Source of the DNA: Patescibacteria group bacterium
Lineage (GTDB): Bacteria; Patescibacteriota; Minisyncoccia; UBA6257; HR35
Direction of reading: 5' to 3'
Assembly (NCBI GenBank): GCA_023480925.1
Contig: JAMCWY010000007.1
Span: forward strand, 1-19,970
DNA: 19,970 bases
The position numbers and the translations under genes were made by a program. Shown here piece after piece: positions 1 through 10,079 of this stretch. The notes below the pieces were generated by a model. The model made no database searches. It worked only from the letters and a program-made list of their open reading frames with translations, and had not been told where the DNA came from. How positions within the stretch are numbered: position 1 is the first letter of the stretch; every line of letters begins with the position of its first letter.

Positions 1-75
<75 letters not shown>

Positions 76-214
76 ACCATTAGTTAAAAAACCTTTGGTC
101 GCGAAGTGATAGAACCTAACCCAGACAATTAAAAATCTTCCCATTAAAAAAATTTAGCGAACTGTTTAAAAGCAATCAGCCAAAACAACTTTGATTCAAT
201 CTAATTCTGTATCT

Positions 215-242
215 ATTATAAACTCAGAAAAAATAAAGTCAA
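215..242 (-). promoter_or_regulatory. Candidate sigma70-type promoter for the rRNA operon
   Basis: On the minus strand: TTGACT (242-237), a 16-nt spacer, then TATAAT (220-215), about 145 nt upstream of the 16S 5' end. The region is AT-rich, so a chance match is possible. Confidence 0.4.
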
Positions 243-288
243 GAGCAAATCTTTTAGGCTCAAACCAAAAAAACCGCCGAAAAGTTTA

Positions 289-603
289 TTAACGGTCGAT
301 TATTTTCGGCACTTTGAGAAAGTTATCCTCGGTTTGGGGAAAGTTTTTAATAATTCGCAAAGCGACTTCTTCCCGCTCATCGTTTCGATCGTACCGGTCC
401 TCCCTTAGCGGCAAACCAGCCGCCGCCGCGCTAAAAGCCGGACCGCCAATCATCGGATCAACTCCGTTCAAATCGATCTTTTCAACTTTCGAAACATAAT
501 CTAAAATCTCATTCAAGTCTTTGAGTAACTTTTTCAACTCCTCGTCCGACAATTCAATTTTAGCCAAGTCAGCCAAATGTTGAAGTTGTTTTTTGTCTAA
601 CAT
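289..603 (-). CDS. gatC: Asp/Glu-tRNA(Asn/Gln) amidotransferase subunit C
   Basis: The product MLDKKQLQHLADLAKIELSDEELKKLLKDLNEILDYVSKVEKIDLNGVDPM.. matches the GatC pattern (LA.LA.L.L.eeE ... evD..gV.P) and is about 100 aa. The ORF-track start at 615 is a TTG. The ATG at 603 is the more likely start. Confidence 0.85.
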   Translation of the reverse strand: MLDKKQLQHLADLAKIELSDEELKKLLKDLNEILDYVSKVEKIDLNGVDPMIGGPAFSAAAAGLPLREDRYDRNDEREEVALRIIKNFPQTEDNFLKVPKIIDR

Positions 604-802
604 TTTTTCTTCCAAAATAATCTGACTAACTTTAATTTAATTATTATAACATAAATCGTAAATCTTTAAATCCCAGTCCAAAAATTTGAAATTTAGAATC
701 AAAAAATAAATTTTTAACTTACGATTTTAAACTTCGCCTTTGATGTTTTAAGATTAAAGTTTCAAAATTTTAGATTCTAAATTTTTCTTTTGAATCCATT
801 GA

Positions 803-2926
<2,124 letters not shown>

Positions 2927-2949
2927 TTAAATTGGTTTAGCCCGGCCGC

Positions 2950-3468
2950 TTAAATCGAAGTCTCAAAGACCAAAGACCGTTGGCTCAAACCAGCGCCGCC
3001 ATAACCGATTGAATCAATAATCAATGTAACACCAGACTGACTCGTTGACGTGCTGACGTCAATATTAAAATAGCCGAAGGTGCTGGTGGTAAAGCCGCTG
3101 GGAGCGATAAAACAGCCGGTCGAATAACGATGATAAATTTCCGGATTGGCGTCGCCCGAACACCAACCTGATGAAATGTTTGAGCGGCTTGGCATTGGTT
3201 GATGCCAATAAGTGGGCGAAGCCAGAATATCAAGGCTGCTGCTGCCCGTGTAGGTGTATTGATTCAAAAGCTCGATCTCAAGACCGGACTCGGCGTTAGA
3301 AATCGCTTGAAACGAATTAATCGTCTTTCTCAAAGAAATCGTTTGGACTAAGATTGGTTCGGAAAGAACGTAGATAACCGCGCCGGCGGCGACCATCACG
3401 AAAATCGCGACCAAAAGAACTTGGGCTTTATTTTGATAAAATTTTCGCTGATTTTTTCTCTTGCTCAT
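2950..3468 (-). CDS. Membrane-anchored hypothetical protein, last gene of the pilin block (possible non-core minor pilin or pilus-tip protein)
   Basis: It has a basic N-terminus followed by one hydrophobic helix (VLLVAIFVMVAAGAVIYVL), but no G/A|FTLxE prepilin motif and no Glu at +5. The call rests on position directly after three prepilin-type genes. Confidence 0.5.
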   Translation of the reverse strand: MSKRKNQRKFYQNKAQVLLVAIFVMVAAGAVIYVLSEPILVQTISLRKTINSFQAISNAESGLEIELLNQYTYTGSSSLDILASPTYWHQPMPSRSNISSGWCSGDANPEIYHRYSTGCFIAPSGFTTSTFGYFNIDVSTSTSQSGVTLIIDSIGYGGAGLSQRSLVFETSI

Positions 3469-3480
3469 TTTGACTTGAAA

Positions 3481-4041
3481 TTAAGGCGAACACGGATTTG
3501 TCCTTAAAGCGCTGTTAATCGGCGCGACGACAATCTGATAGTTTAAATTTTTGTTCGGCAAACCGGTAACCTGACCAACCAAATCAAGCGTAATCGCCTT
3601 AACCGAAGCTTGAGAATAATACGAACCGCTTGAGGTACCGTTCAAGGAAACATTAAAACTGTTAATTTTAATCAAAGTCGAATCGGTCAGAGGCGAAGCT
3701 AAATCGGGGCTTGTGCTGCCGTAATATAAAACATGATTCTGGCTGTCAAGATAAACGTTTTGAGGCACACAAGTTCGATCATTAAAACTTAAAATGCCGT
3801 TGGACCAGGAAAAATCAGTCCCATATTTTAATTGGCGCCAAACATTTTCCATACTCAAATCAGTGTTGTTGACGGCGTTTAAAATTTTGGTCTCGGCCAA
3901 ATTAAACCGAATCAAATTGGAATAAGAAATATACAAAAGCGACAAGACAAACGACAACACGAGCATCGCGATCGTCATCTCGATCGCGGTAAAACTTTTC
4001 ACCCGAAATTTTTCGTTTCGCTTCGACAAAACTTTCGTCAT
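3481..4041 (-). CDS. Prepilin-type N-terminal cleavage/methylation domain protein (minor pilin)
   Basis: N-terminus ..RVKS|FTAIEMTIAMLVLSFVL has the class III signal pattern with Glu at +5 followed by a hydrophobic helix. Confidence 0.7.
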   Translation of the reverse strand: MTKVLSKRNEKFRVKSFTAIEMTIAMLVLSFVLSLLYISYSNLIRFNLAETKILNAVNNTDLSMENVWRQLKYGTDFSWSNGILSFNDRTCVPQNVYLDSQNHVLYYGSTSPDLASPLTDSTLIKINSFNVSLNGTSSGSYYSQASVKAITLDLVGQVTGLPNKNLNYQIVVAPINSALRTNPCSP

Positions 4042-4047
4042 TTTATT

Positions 4048-4644
4048 TTACTGAACACTATTCCAATCAGTCAAGATTAAACTTAACTTAATCTTTTGAT
4101 TCGGCTGGTTCGGACTGGGCCAGTCAACTTCAGAAACAATCATCGTCGCGGACGCGATCGGAATATTAGGCAGGGCGTACGCGGTCAATTTCTGATAAAA
4201 ATCGGTTGATTGGTTTGACTGATTGCCCGACTGAGCGTTTAAAGCATAAAAATTTTCTTGGTTAAGATAAAATTGGCAGAAACCATTTGATGGCGACGAC
4301 GCGGTCAAATCATAATTAATACAAAAATTTCCACCCGCCGACAAACTTCCAAGCCAGTTTTGGCCCAAACCCCACTGATAGTTTCTTTCCGCCATCGCCA
4401 ACTCCAATCCTTCGCGCGCCAAAGAATAAGCGATCAAACGATTTTCGTTTTTGTGAAGAACGCGGCCGTAATCGAAAGCAAGTCTCAAAAAAATAATAAA
4501 GGCGGTGGCGAAAATCATCAAAGCCGCCATCGCTTCAATTAAAGTCAAGCCGGATTGAAAATATTTTTTCTTATTTTTTTTATTATTTTTAAAAATTTGG
4601 TTTAATCTTAACCGCATCTCATTGATTAAGTATAACTTGACCAA
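4048..4644 (-). CDS. Prepilin-type minor pilin
   Basis: ..YFQSG|LTLIEAMAALMIFATAF is a canonical G|xTLIE prepilin motif. An alternative start is the ATG at 4617 (MRLRLNQ..), which sits 1 nt after the upstream stop instead of overlapping it by 26 nt. Confidence 0.7.
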   Translation of the reverse strand: MVKLYLINEMRLRLNQIFKNNKKNKKKYFQSGLTLIEAMAALMIFATAFIIFLRLAFDYGRVLHKNENRLIAYSLAREGLELAMAERNYQWGLGQNWLGSLSAGGNFCINYDLTASSPSNGFCQFYLNQENFYALNAQSGNQSNQSTDFYQKLTAYALPNIPIASATMIVSEVDWPSPNQPNQKIKLSLILTDWNSVQ

Positions 4645-5323
4645 TCCCGGTTATCCTGACTGAACTGGTGTTATTATTTAATGATAAACCCAAAAACAAG
4701 TTTTGCGAATTGCCACCAAAAGGCATGGCCGAGCCATCTTTGAATAAAAGCGGCCGACCGTAAGGCGAAGTAAAGATCGCCTCAAACCGATTAAACGAAA
4801 TCGGCTGAGCCAAACTCGAGGTCGCGATAGTTAAACTAACGCCGTTGAAATCATTCTCCAAAAGAGTACTTGAAGGAAAACTGTCGTGCGGGACAAAACT
4901 TAATCCGCTTGTCAAATCTAAATAAGTCGCCCCGTTTGAAAGAAGATTGAAAGACGAGCTGGCGACACTGGCGCAATTGATGGTCGAGGTGGCGTAGCCG
5001 ACAACTTGATAAGATGAAGTCGTGAAAATTAAACCAATACCGCAAACAGTTTGATTGCCGACCAAAGTCACGGACTCGAAACTTAGATGGGAAGCGGTTT
5101 GAAGATTATTAGTTAAAGTGATTATTTTCCGGTTTAGTTTCAAAAAATTCTGGTTTAAGGAAGTATACTTGATAAACAAACCAAAAATAATCGCGGTCGC
5201 CAAAAGAATTATCACCATTTCAACCAGAGTAAAAGCCCGAGGCTGAAAATTATTTTTCCTCCGTTTTAAAAAATCGTTCCGGTTTTCTGGCTGCCGCAAA
5301 CGCGCTATTTTTGTCATTGGCAT
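4619..5323 (-). CDS. Prepilin-type minor pilin
   Basis: ..FQPRA|FTLVEMVIILLATAIIFG is a prepilin motif with Glu at +5 and a hydrophobic helix. Confidence 0.7.
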   Translation of the reverse strand: MPMTKIARLRQPENRNDFLKRRKNNFQPRAFTLVEMVIILLATAIIFGLFIKYTSLNQNFLKLNRKIITLTNNLQTASHLSFESVTLVGNQTVCGIGLIFTTSSYQVVGYATSTINCASVASSSFNLLSNGATYLDLTSGLSFVPHDSFPSSTLLENDFNGVSLTIATSSLAQPISFNRFEAIFTSPYGRPLLFKDGSAMPFGGNSQNLFLGLSLNNNTSSVRITGIGQVILNQ

Positions 5324-5352
5324 CGTATTTTTATTCCTGCTGTAAATTTAAA

Positions 5353-6231
5353 CTAGCCCAAGCTTAACCAGTTAAAATAAAATTTGCTTAGCCAGCCGCC
5401 GCCAAACATTGTTATTATTATACCCAAAAAGAGAAACGGGACAAAAGGCACTTCTTGAAAAAATTTTTTCTTCGCCATCAACCTAGCCAAGCCGTAAATC
5501 GAACCAAAAAGAAAAGACAAAAATAAAGCCATAGCCAAATCGCCCCAGTTTAGAAACAAGCCCATTAAAAATATAACCTTGGCGTCGCCCAAACCCATAC
5601 CCCGGCCAAGAGTGGCGAGAAAAACAAAGACAAAAATAATTGAAAAAACATAGGCGCGAAAAAGCTGATCGGTCAATCTCAACGCTGGCGGGAAAAGGTA
5701 ATTAAATCGGCCGGTAAAATTTAAATTCTCAAACGTCTGTTTGATGAATCCGGGCAAGTGGCCGGCAAGCAGAAACGGCGCGAATTGAAAAATTAGCCAA
5801 ACAATAACGCCAAACCAAATAAACCGCTCGTCAATATAGGTTGTTTTAAAATCAAATAAGGCTAAAACAAAGATAATGCTCAAAAAAATTAAGTAATAAA
5901 TCGAGCTGAACCAAATTAAAAAGCCACCGTTAAAAAAGTTCCGGCCGGAAATATCGATAATACTAAAAGCCAAAAGACTGACCCAGACGCCGGTTAAAAT
6001 TTCGACAAGCGGATAACGCCAGGAAATTTTTTGGTCGCAATCGCGGCATCGACCCTTTTGAACCAAAAAACTGACGATCGGAATTAGTTCAAACCATCTT
6101 AGTTGTTTTAGGCAATTAGGACATTTTGATCGAGAAAAGATAAAATCCTCCTCCGCCTCCAAACGAAGAGCGATATTATTCAATAAACTGCCTAGAAAAA
6201 GACCAAAAATAAAAAACCCGATAAAAATCAT
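5353..6231 (-). CDS. pilD: Prepilin peptidase / N-methyltransferase (peptidase A24)
   Basis: A polytopic membrane protein. The N-terminal CPNC..(17)..CRDC module is followed by an A24-type core that includes GLGDAKV. Confidence 0.9.
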   Translation of the reverse strand: MIFIGFFIFGLFLGSLLNNIALRLEAEEDFIFSRSKCPNCLKQLRWFELIPIVSFLVQKGRCRDCDQKISWRYPLVEILTGVWVSLLAFSIIDISGRNFFNGGFLIWFSSIYYLIFLSIIFVLALFDFKTTYIDERFIWFGVIVWLIFQFAPFLLAGHLPGFIKQTFENLNFTGRFNYLFPPALRLTDQLFRAYVFSIIFVFVFLATLGRGMGLGDAKVIFLMGLFLNWGDLAMALFLSFLFGSIYGLARLMAKKKFFQEVPFVPFLFLGIIITMFGGGWLSKFYFNWLSLG

Positions 6232-6252
6232 CCCAAATTATAAACGATAAAA

Positions 6253-6282
6253 CTAAAAAGGAGAGCTGACTCCCCTTTTTAG
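6253..6282 (-). terminator. Intrinsic terminator between the major pilin gene and pilD
   Basis: A 13-bp stem with one mismatch (CTAAAAAGGAGAG / CTCCCCTTTTTAG) and a 4-nt loop. On the minus strand the GC core is followed by UUUUUAGUUUU. A second 12-bp hairpin (6284-6312) directly precedes it and contains the pilin stop codon. Confidence 0.55.
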
Positions 6283-6302
6283 TTTCAAACTAAGATTTAT
6301 TC

Positions 6303-6869
6303 TTAGTTTGAAGTACAAATATTATTGCCTGTGGTGCAAGTAGTTGGTGCAAAAGTACTTATAGTTCCTCCGTTCGATCCAGTTACAGTTGTTTGGCCAG
6401 CGCCATTGCAAGCCCAGTTGCTTGGGTATTGCGACGAAACTTGATAGATCTGAGGATTAGTCGTTGACGACTCTTCCAAAGTTGCCATTAAAACAAAATG
6501 GTTCGCTATACCACCGCCAGTCGCGCCCGGAGCAGTGTTACCCTGATCCGTACAAGCGAAGTAGTAATAACCATTCCGACCCGAAGGACTAACCGGCAAA
6601 CCAATACCACCGCCGGTAGTAACACCGCTGGCAGCCAAGTTGCCGTTCAAAGTACTCCAATCAGTCGTTGTTGGGAAATAACCGTTTTTCGACAAATATT
6701 GAGCCAAATAATTCGAGACATTTTTAAGATCGCCAACGCGTTTGGTGTCTCGAGCTTGAATCGCGGTTGAACCGATATTCCTAAGAACGATCGCAGCCAA
6801 AATGCCGATAACCAGAATAACAACTGCCAATTCGATTAAAGTAAAAGCTTTGTTGTTGATGCGACGCAT
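6303..6869 (-). CDS. pilA: Type IV major pilin paralog 1
   Basis: MRRINNKA|FTLIELAVVILVIGILAAIVL.. is a short leader plus the FTLIE motif. The C-terminal globular part contains Cys residues. Confidence 0.85.
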   Translation of the reverse strand: MRRINNKAFTLIELAVVILVIGILAAIVLRNIGSTAIQARDTKRVGDLKNVSNYLAQYLSKNGYFPTTTDWSTLNGNLAASGVTTGGGIGLPVSPSGRNGYYYFACTDQGNTAPGATGGGIANHFVLMATLEESSTTNPQIYQVSSQYPSNWACNGAGQTTVTGSNGGTISTFAPTTCTTGNNICTSN

Positions 6870-6902
6870 TTTTGTGATTGATTCTGTTAAACTTTAATTC
6901 GA
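6721..6902. repeat. 182-bp direct repeat, copy 1 (pilin 5' module plus 33 nt of leader)
   Basis: By my base-by-base reading it is identical to 7518-7699 (offset 797 nt). Identity ends sharply on both sides. Confidence 0.9.
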
Positions 6903-6986
6903 CCAGTTTAAAATATAAATAATTAAATTAAATAAAGATAATTTTCAATTTATAATTTTGCGACCTTTGTTTTTTATATTATATTT

Positions 6987-7015
6987 ATTTTATCTTTTAA
7001 TTTGAATTAAGTCAA
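6987..7015 (-). promoter_or_regulatory. Candidate promoter for pilin paralog 1
   Basis: On the minus strand: TTGACT (7015-7010), a 17-nt spacer, then TAAAAT (6992-6987). The intergenic region is very AT-rich, so specificity is low. Confidence 0.3.
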
Positions 7016-7060
7016 ATCAAAATGTGGATAACGAAAAGACGATTTTAATCAAAAATCCGT

Positions 7061-7666
7061 TTATTCCACGATACAATAGCCATCGGCACCTGGTAAACTA
7101 AGCGTGCAAGAGCTGGGCCAGTTATAAGGCGTGCAAAACCAACCCGGAGGACCGTTCCAATTATTAGGCTCGTTCCAACCGACACTGTCGCTATAAATCT
7201 GAGGATTAGAAGACGTGCTTTCCTCGATAAAAGTCTCCAAAGTAAAATGATCGGCCCGGCTGACCAAGATACTGCCATTTTGCAAGGTATAATCGTTAGC
7301 GTTGTCAGTGCAAGGAAAATAGTTGTAATAAGTTGTTTGGTTTGAAACGCGAGGCGGCATCGGCAACTGATCCATTGTCTGAATAATGCCGGCGGAAATT
7401 AAAGCTTGGCCCAATTCATTCCAAGCCACGCCGGCGACCATCGAATCATTGCTTGTCGCGGTTGTAGTTGGATAATAGCCATATTCCTGATAATACTGAG
7501 CTAAATAAATGGTAACGTTTTTAAGATCGCCAACGCGTTTGGTGTCTCGAGCTTGAATCGCGGTTGAACCGATATTCCTAAGAACGATCGCAGCCAAAAT
7601 GCCGATAACCAGAATAACAACTGCCAATTCGATTAAAGTAAAAGCTTTGTTGTTGATGCGACGCAT
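7061..7666 (-). CDS. pilA: Type IV major pilin paralog 2
   Basis: The first 51 aa are identical to paralog 1. The C-terminal part is diverged but homologous (..CTD.., EES(T/S)(T/S)(S/T)NPQIY..). Confidence 0.85.
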   Translation of the reverse strand: MRRINNKAFTLIELAVVILVIGILAAIVLRNIGSTAIQARDTKRVGDLKNVTIYLAQYYQEYGYYPTTTATSNDSMVAGVAWNELGQALISAGIIQTMDQLPMPPRVSNQTTYYNYFPCTDNANDYTLQNGSILVSRADHFTLETFIEESTSSNPQIYSDSVGWNEPNNWNGPPGWFCTPYNWPSSCTLSLPGADGYCIVE

Positions 7667-7699
7667 TTTTGTGATTGATTCTGTTAAACTTTAATTCGA
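7518..7699. repeat. 182-bp direct repeat, copy 2
   Basis: Identical to 6721-6902. Confidence 0.9.
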
Positions 7700-7786
7700 T
7701 CTTAAATTTCAACGAACGCGTGTTTGTGTTTAAGTTTAAATTTTAATCGCGATTTTGATAAAACCGAAAAATCCATAGGTCAAAGA

Positions 7787-8989
7787 TTAAAGCGACTGAA
7801 CCGCGCTCGTCAGCTTCAATAAAGGAATCATCAATGATAATTCGAGAAAAGCCAACCCGCCGGCCAAGATTAGAATCATAAAAGGCTGGATCAACTCGCC
7901 CAACGACGCGGTCTTGTTCTCAATATCGTCTTTAAAATAAAGGTTAATTCGGTCAATGCCTTCGACAAGCTGACCGGTTTTTTCGCCGGTCTGAATCGTC
8001 TGAATCACGATTGCCGGGAACAGATCCGGAAATAAAACCAGGCTTTCATAGATTCGCTTTCCTTTTCTTGTTTCGTCCGCGACGACATTGAGAGCTTTTT
8101 CGTAAATTGGGTTATCCATACTTCGGCCAATCGTGTCAAATGTTTCCGGTACCGTCACGCCGCCACGGACTAAAAAACTAAGCGACTCGAGAAATCGCGA
8201 CAAGTAAATTTCTTTTATGATTGAACCAAAAACCGGCGTATGATCCAAGGTCACGAACAAAAAAAGTTTACCCTCGGTTGTTTTAAAATAATTAACGCCA
8301 TAATAAATGGCGAAGCCCAAAAAGATAATAATGTAAAGCCAGTCATGAATTATAAAAATTGCGATGTCGTTGAATATTCTCGTGATTAACGGAACCTGAA
8401 CTTTCGCTTCGACGAAGATCTTGGTAATTTGAGGAATGACTTCGATCGATAGAGTCAACATTGTTCCGATAAAAATACAAAAAACAAAAATTGGGTAGTA
8501 AGAAGCTTGAAGAAATTTTTCCATAAACCTATTTTGATTTTCAAGATACTCGGCCAAATAGGCCAAAGTCTCATCTAAATTGCCCGAGACCTCACCGATC
8601 TCAACAATTCGAATGTAAAAAATTGAAAAAATTTTCGGGAACTTGGAAAAAGATTGAGACAAACTCATCCCGGCTTGAAGATTGCTGTAAAGATCGAAAA
8701 ATACGCTTTTAAGACTGTTTTTTTTCGAACTTTGGTAAAGCGCCCGAAGCGACTCATCCAACGGCACCCGCGCTTTAACCAGATATGAAAGCTGACGGGT
8801 GAAAAAAGCCACATCTTTAATCGTAATCCGGTCGAGAATTGGAATTCTAAAAGCATTAACCGGAGAAACTTTTGTTGGCGTTAGATTCTGATCGGACAAG
8901 TACTGATAAGCGGCATTGATGTCATTTCCCTCAACCACGCCTTCCTTGAAATTACCCTCCCGATCGAAAGCTTTAAAGTTAAACTTCAT
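7787..8989 (-). CDS. pilC: Type IV pilus platform protein (GspF/PilC family)
   Basis: 400 aa with two GspF-like repeats and three TM segments. Its start overlaps the pilT stop by 4 nt. Confidence 0.92.
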   Translation of the reverse strand: MKFNFKAFDREGNFKEGVVEGNDINAAYQYLSDQNLTPTKVSPVNAFRIPILDRITIKDVAFFTRQLSYLVKARVPLDESLRALYQSSKKNSLKSVFFDLYSNLQAGMSLSQSFSKFPKIFSIFYIRIVEIGEVSGNLDETLAYLAEYLENQNRFMEKFLQASYYPIFVFCIFIGTMLTLSIEVIPQITKIFVEAKVQVPLITRIFNDIAIFIIHDWLYIIIFLGFAIYYGVNYFKTTEGKLFLFVTLDHTPVFGSIIKEIYLSRFLESLSFLVRGGVTVPETFDTIGRSMDNPIYEKALNVVADETRKGKRIYESLVLFPDLFPAIVIQTIQTGEKTGQLVEGIDRINLYFKDDIENKTASLGELIQPFMILILAGGLAFLELSLMIPLLKLTSAVQSL

Positions 8990-10050
8990 TTTGAAACCAT
9001 AAACGATCTTAATCTTTCCGGATTAGGCGCGTACTGGAGTGCCATCTCGATTGAAATTTGGCCGGCCTCAACCAATGTAACCAAAGATCGCTCCAAAGTG
9101 ATCATGCCCTGATCAAAACTTGTTTCAACAACTAGATCAATCTGATAAATTTTATTTTCTCGAATCAGATTTTTAACCGCCGACGTCGCGAATAATATTT
9201 CAACCGCCGGAATCCGACCATTCTCGATCTTTGGAACCAAACGCTGGGAGACGACTCCGATTAAACTGGAAGCAAGTTGAAAACGCGCCTGGCTTTTAAC
9301 CGTTTCGGGCAAAACATCGATGATTCGATCGATCGTCTGAGCGGCCGAGTTGGTGTGGAGCGTGCCCAAAACCAAGTGGCCGGTCTCGGCCGCGGTTAAA
9401 GCGATCGCGATCGATTCGGCGTCGCGCAACTCACCAATCATAATTAAATCCGGATCTTCGCGCAAAGCCGCCCGCAAAGCCCTATGCCAATTGGGCGAAT
9501 CTTTCGGAATTTCCCTCTGTGAGACAATCGCTTTGTCCGAAGAAAACAAAAATTCAATCGGCTCTTCAATCGTGATAATATGAATACTCCGTTTATGGTT
9601 AATCTCGTCGATAAGCGAAGCCAGGGTAGTTGACTTGCCCATTCCGGCCGGGCCAGCGATCAAGATAAAACCCTGACGCCGGTCGGTTAGCTCGTGCAAA
9701 ACCGGCGGCAAATTTAACTCCTCAATCGTTTTAATCGAAGCCTGAATCAACCGGAAAGCACCCGACCAACCGTTTGTTTGTAAATAAACGTTGACGCGAA
9801 ATCTGACATCGTCGTTTAAACCGAAGGAAAAGTCTAAGTCCTTCGCCTTGGCCAAACGTTCTTTTTGATCTTGATCCAAAATTGAAAATAAAATTTTTTC
9901 CGTTTCTCTGGCAACCATAATACCGTTCTCGGCGATTGAAATCAGTTCGCCGTCAATCCGCAAAGACGGAAATCGGCCCGGAACAATATGTAAATCCGAA
10001 GCATTCCGTTTTACCGCCAGTTCGAGCAAGTTTTTCAACTGTTCGTCCAT
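8986..10050 (-). CDS. pilT: Twitching-motility retraction ATPase
   Basis: 354 aa. It has Walker A GPAGMGKST, the Asp box/Walker B DPDLIMIGELRD, the His box TGHLVLGTLHTNSA and a PilT-type AVKNLIRE motif. Confidence 0.92.
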   Translation of the reverse strand: MDEQLKNLLELAVKRNASDLHIVPGRFPSLRIDGELISIAENGIMVARETEKILFSILDQDQKERLAKAKDLDFSFGLNDDVRFRVNVYLQTNGWSGAFRLIQASIKTIEELNLPPVLHELTDRRQGFILIAGPAGMGKSTTLASLIDEINHKRSIHIITIEEPIEFLFSSDKAIVSQREIPKDSPNWHRALRAALREDPDLIMIGELRDAESIAIALTAAETGHLVLGTLHTNSAAQTIDRIIDVLPETVKSQARFQLASSLIGVVSQRLVPKIENGRIPAVEILFATSAVKNLIRENKIYQIDLVVETSFDQGMITLERSLVTLVEAGQISIEMALQYAPNPERLRSFMVSK

Positions 10051-10079
10051 TGTTTATTTTTTGGTTAATTTTTAAATTT

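Noticed and set aside
250-288. An intrinsic terminator downstream of gatC, before the rRNA promoter
   Set aside because: Only 3-4-bp pairings (ACCG/CGGT) next to a T-run on the minus strand. This is too weak to call.
604-615. The gatC start at 615 given by the ORF track
   Set aside because: That codon is TTG. The in-frame ATG at 603 gives the canonical GatC N-terminus and length. This is uncertain but has no functional consequence.
653-784. Interleaved inverted repeats in the ligA-gatC intergenic region (AAATTTAGAATC 689-700 with GATTCTAAATTT 773-784, and AATCGTAA with TTACGATT)
   Set aside because: The region is extremely AT-rich and low-complexity, where 8-12-nt reverse-complement matches arise easily. 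The arms are about 70 nt apart with no GC support. I do not find it convincing as an RNA or an operator without conservation data.
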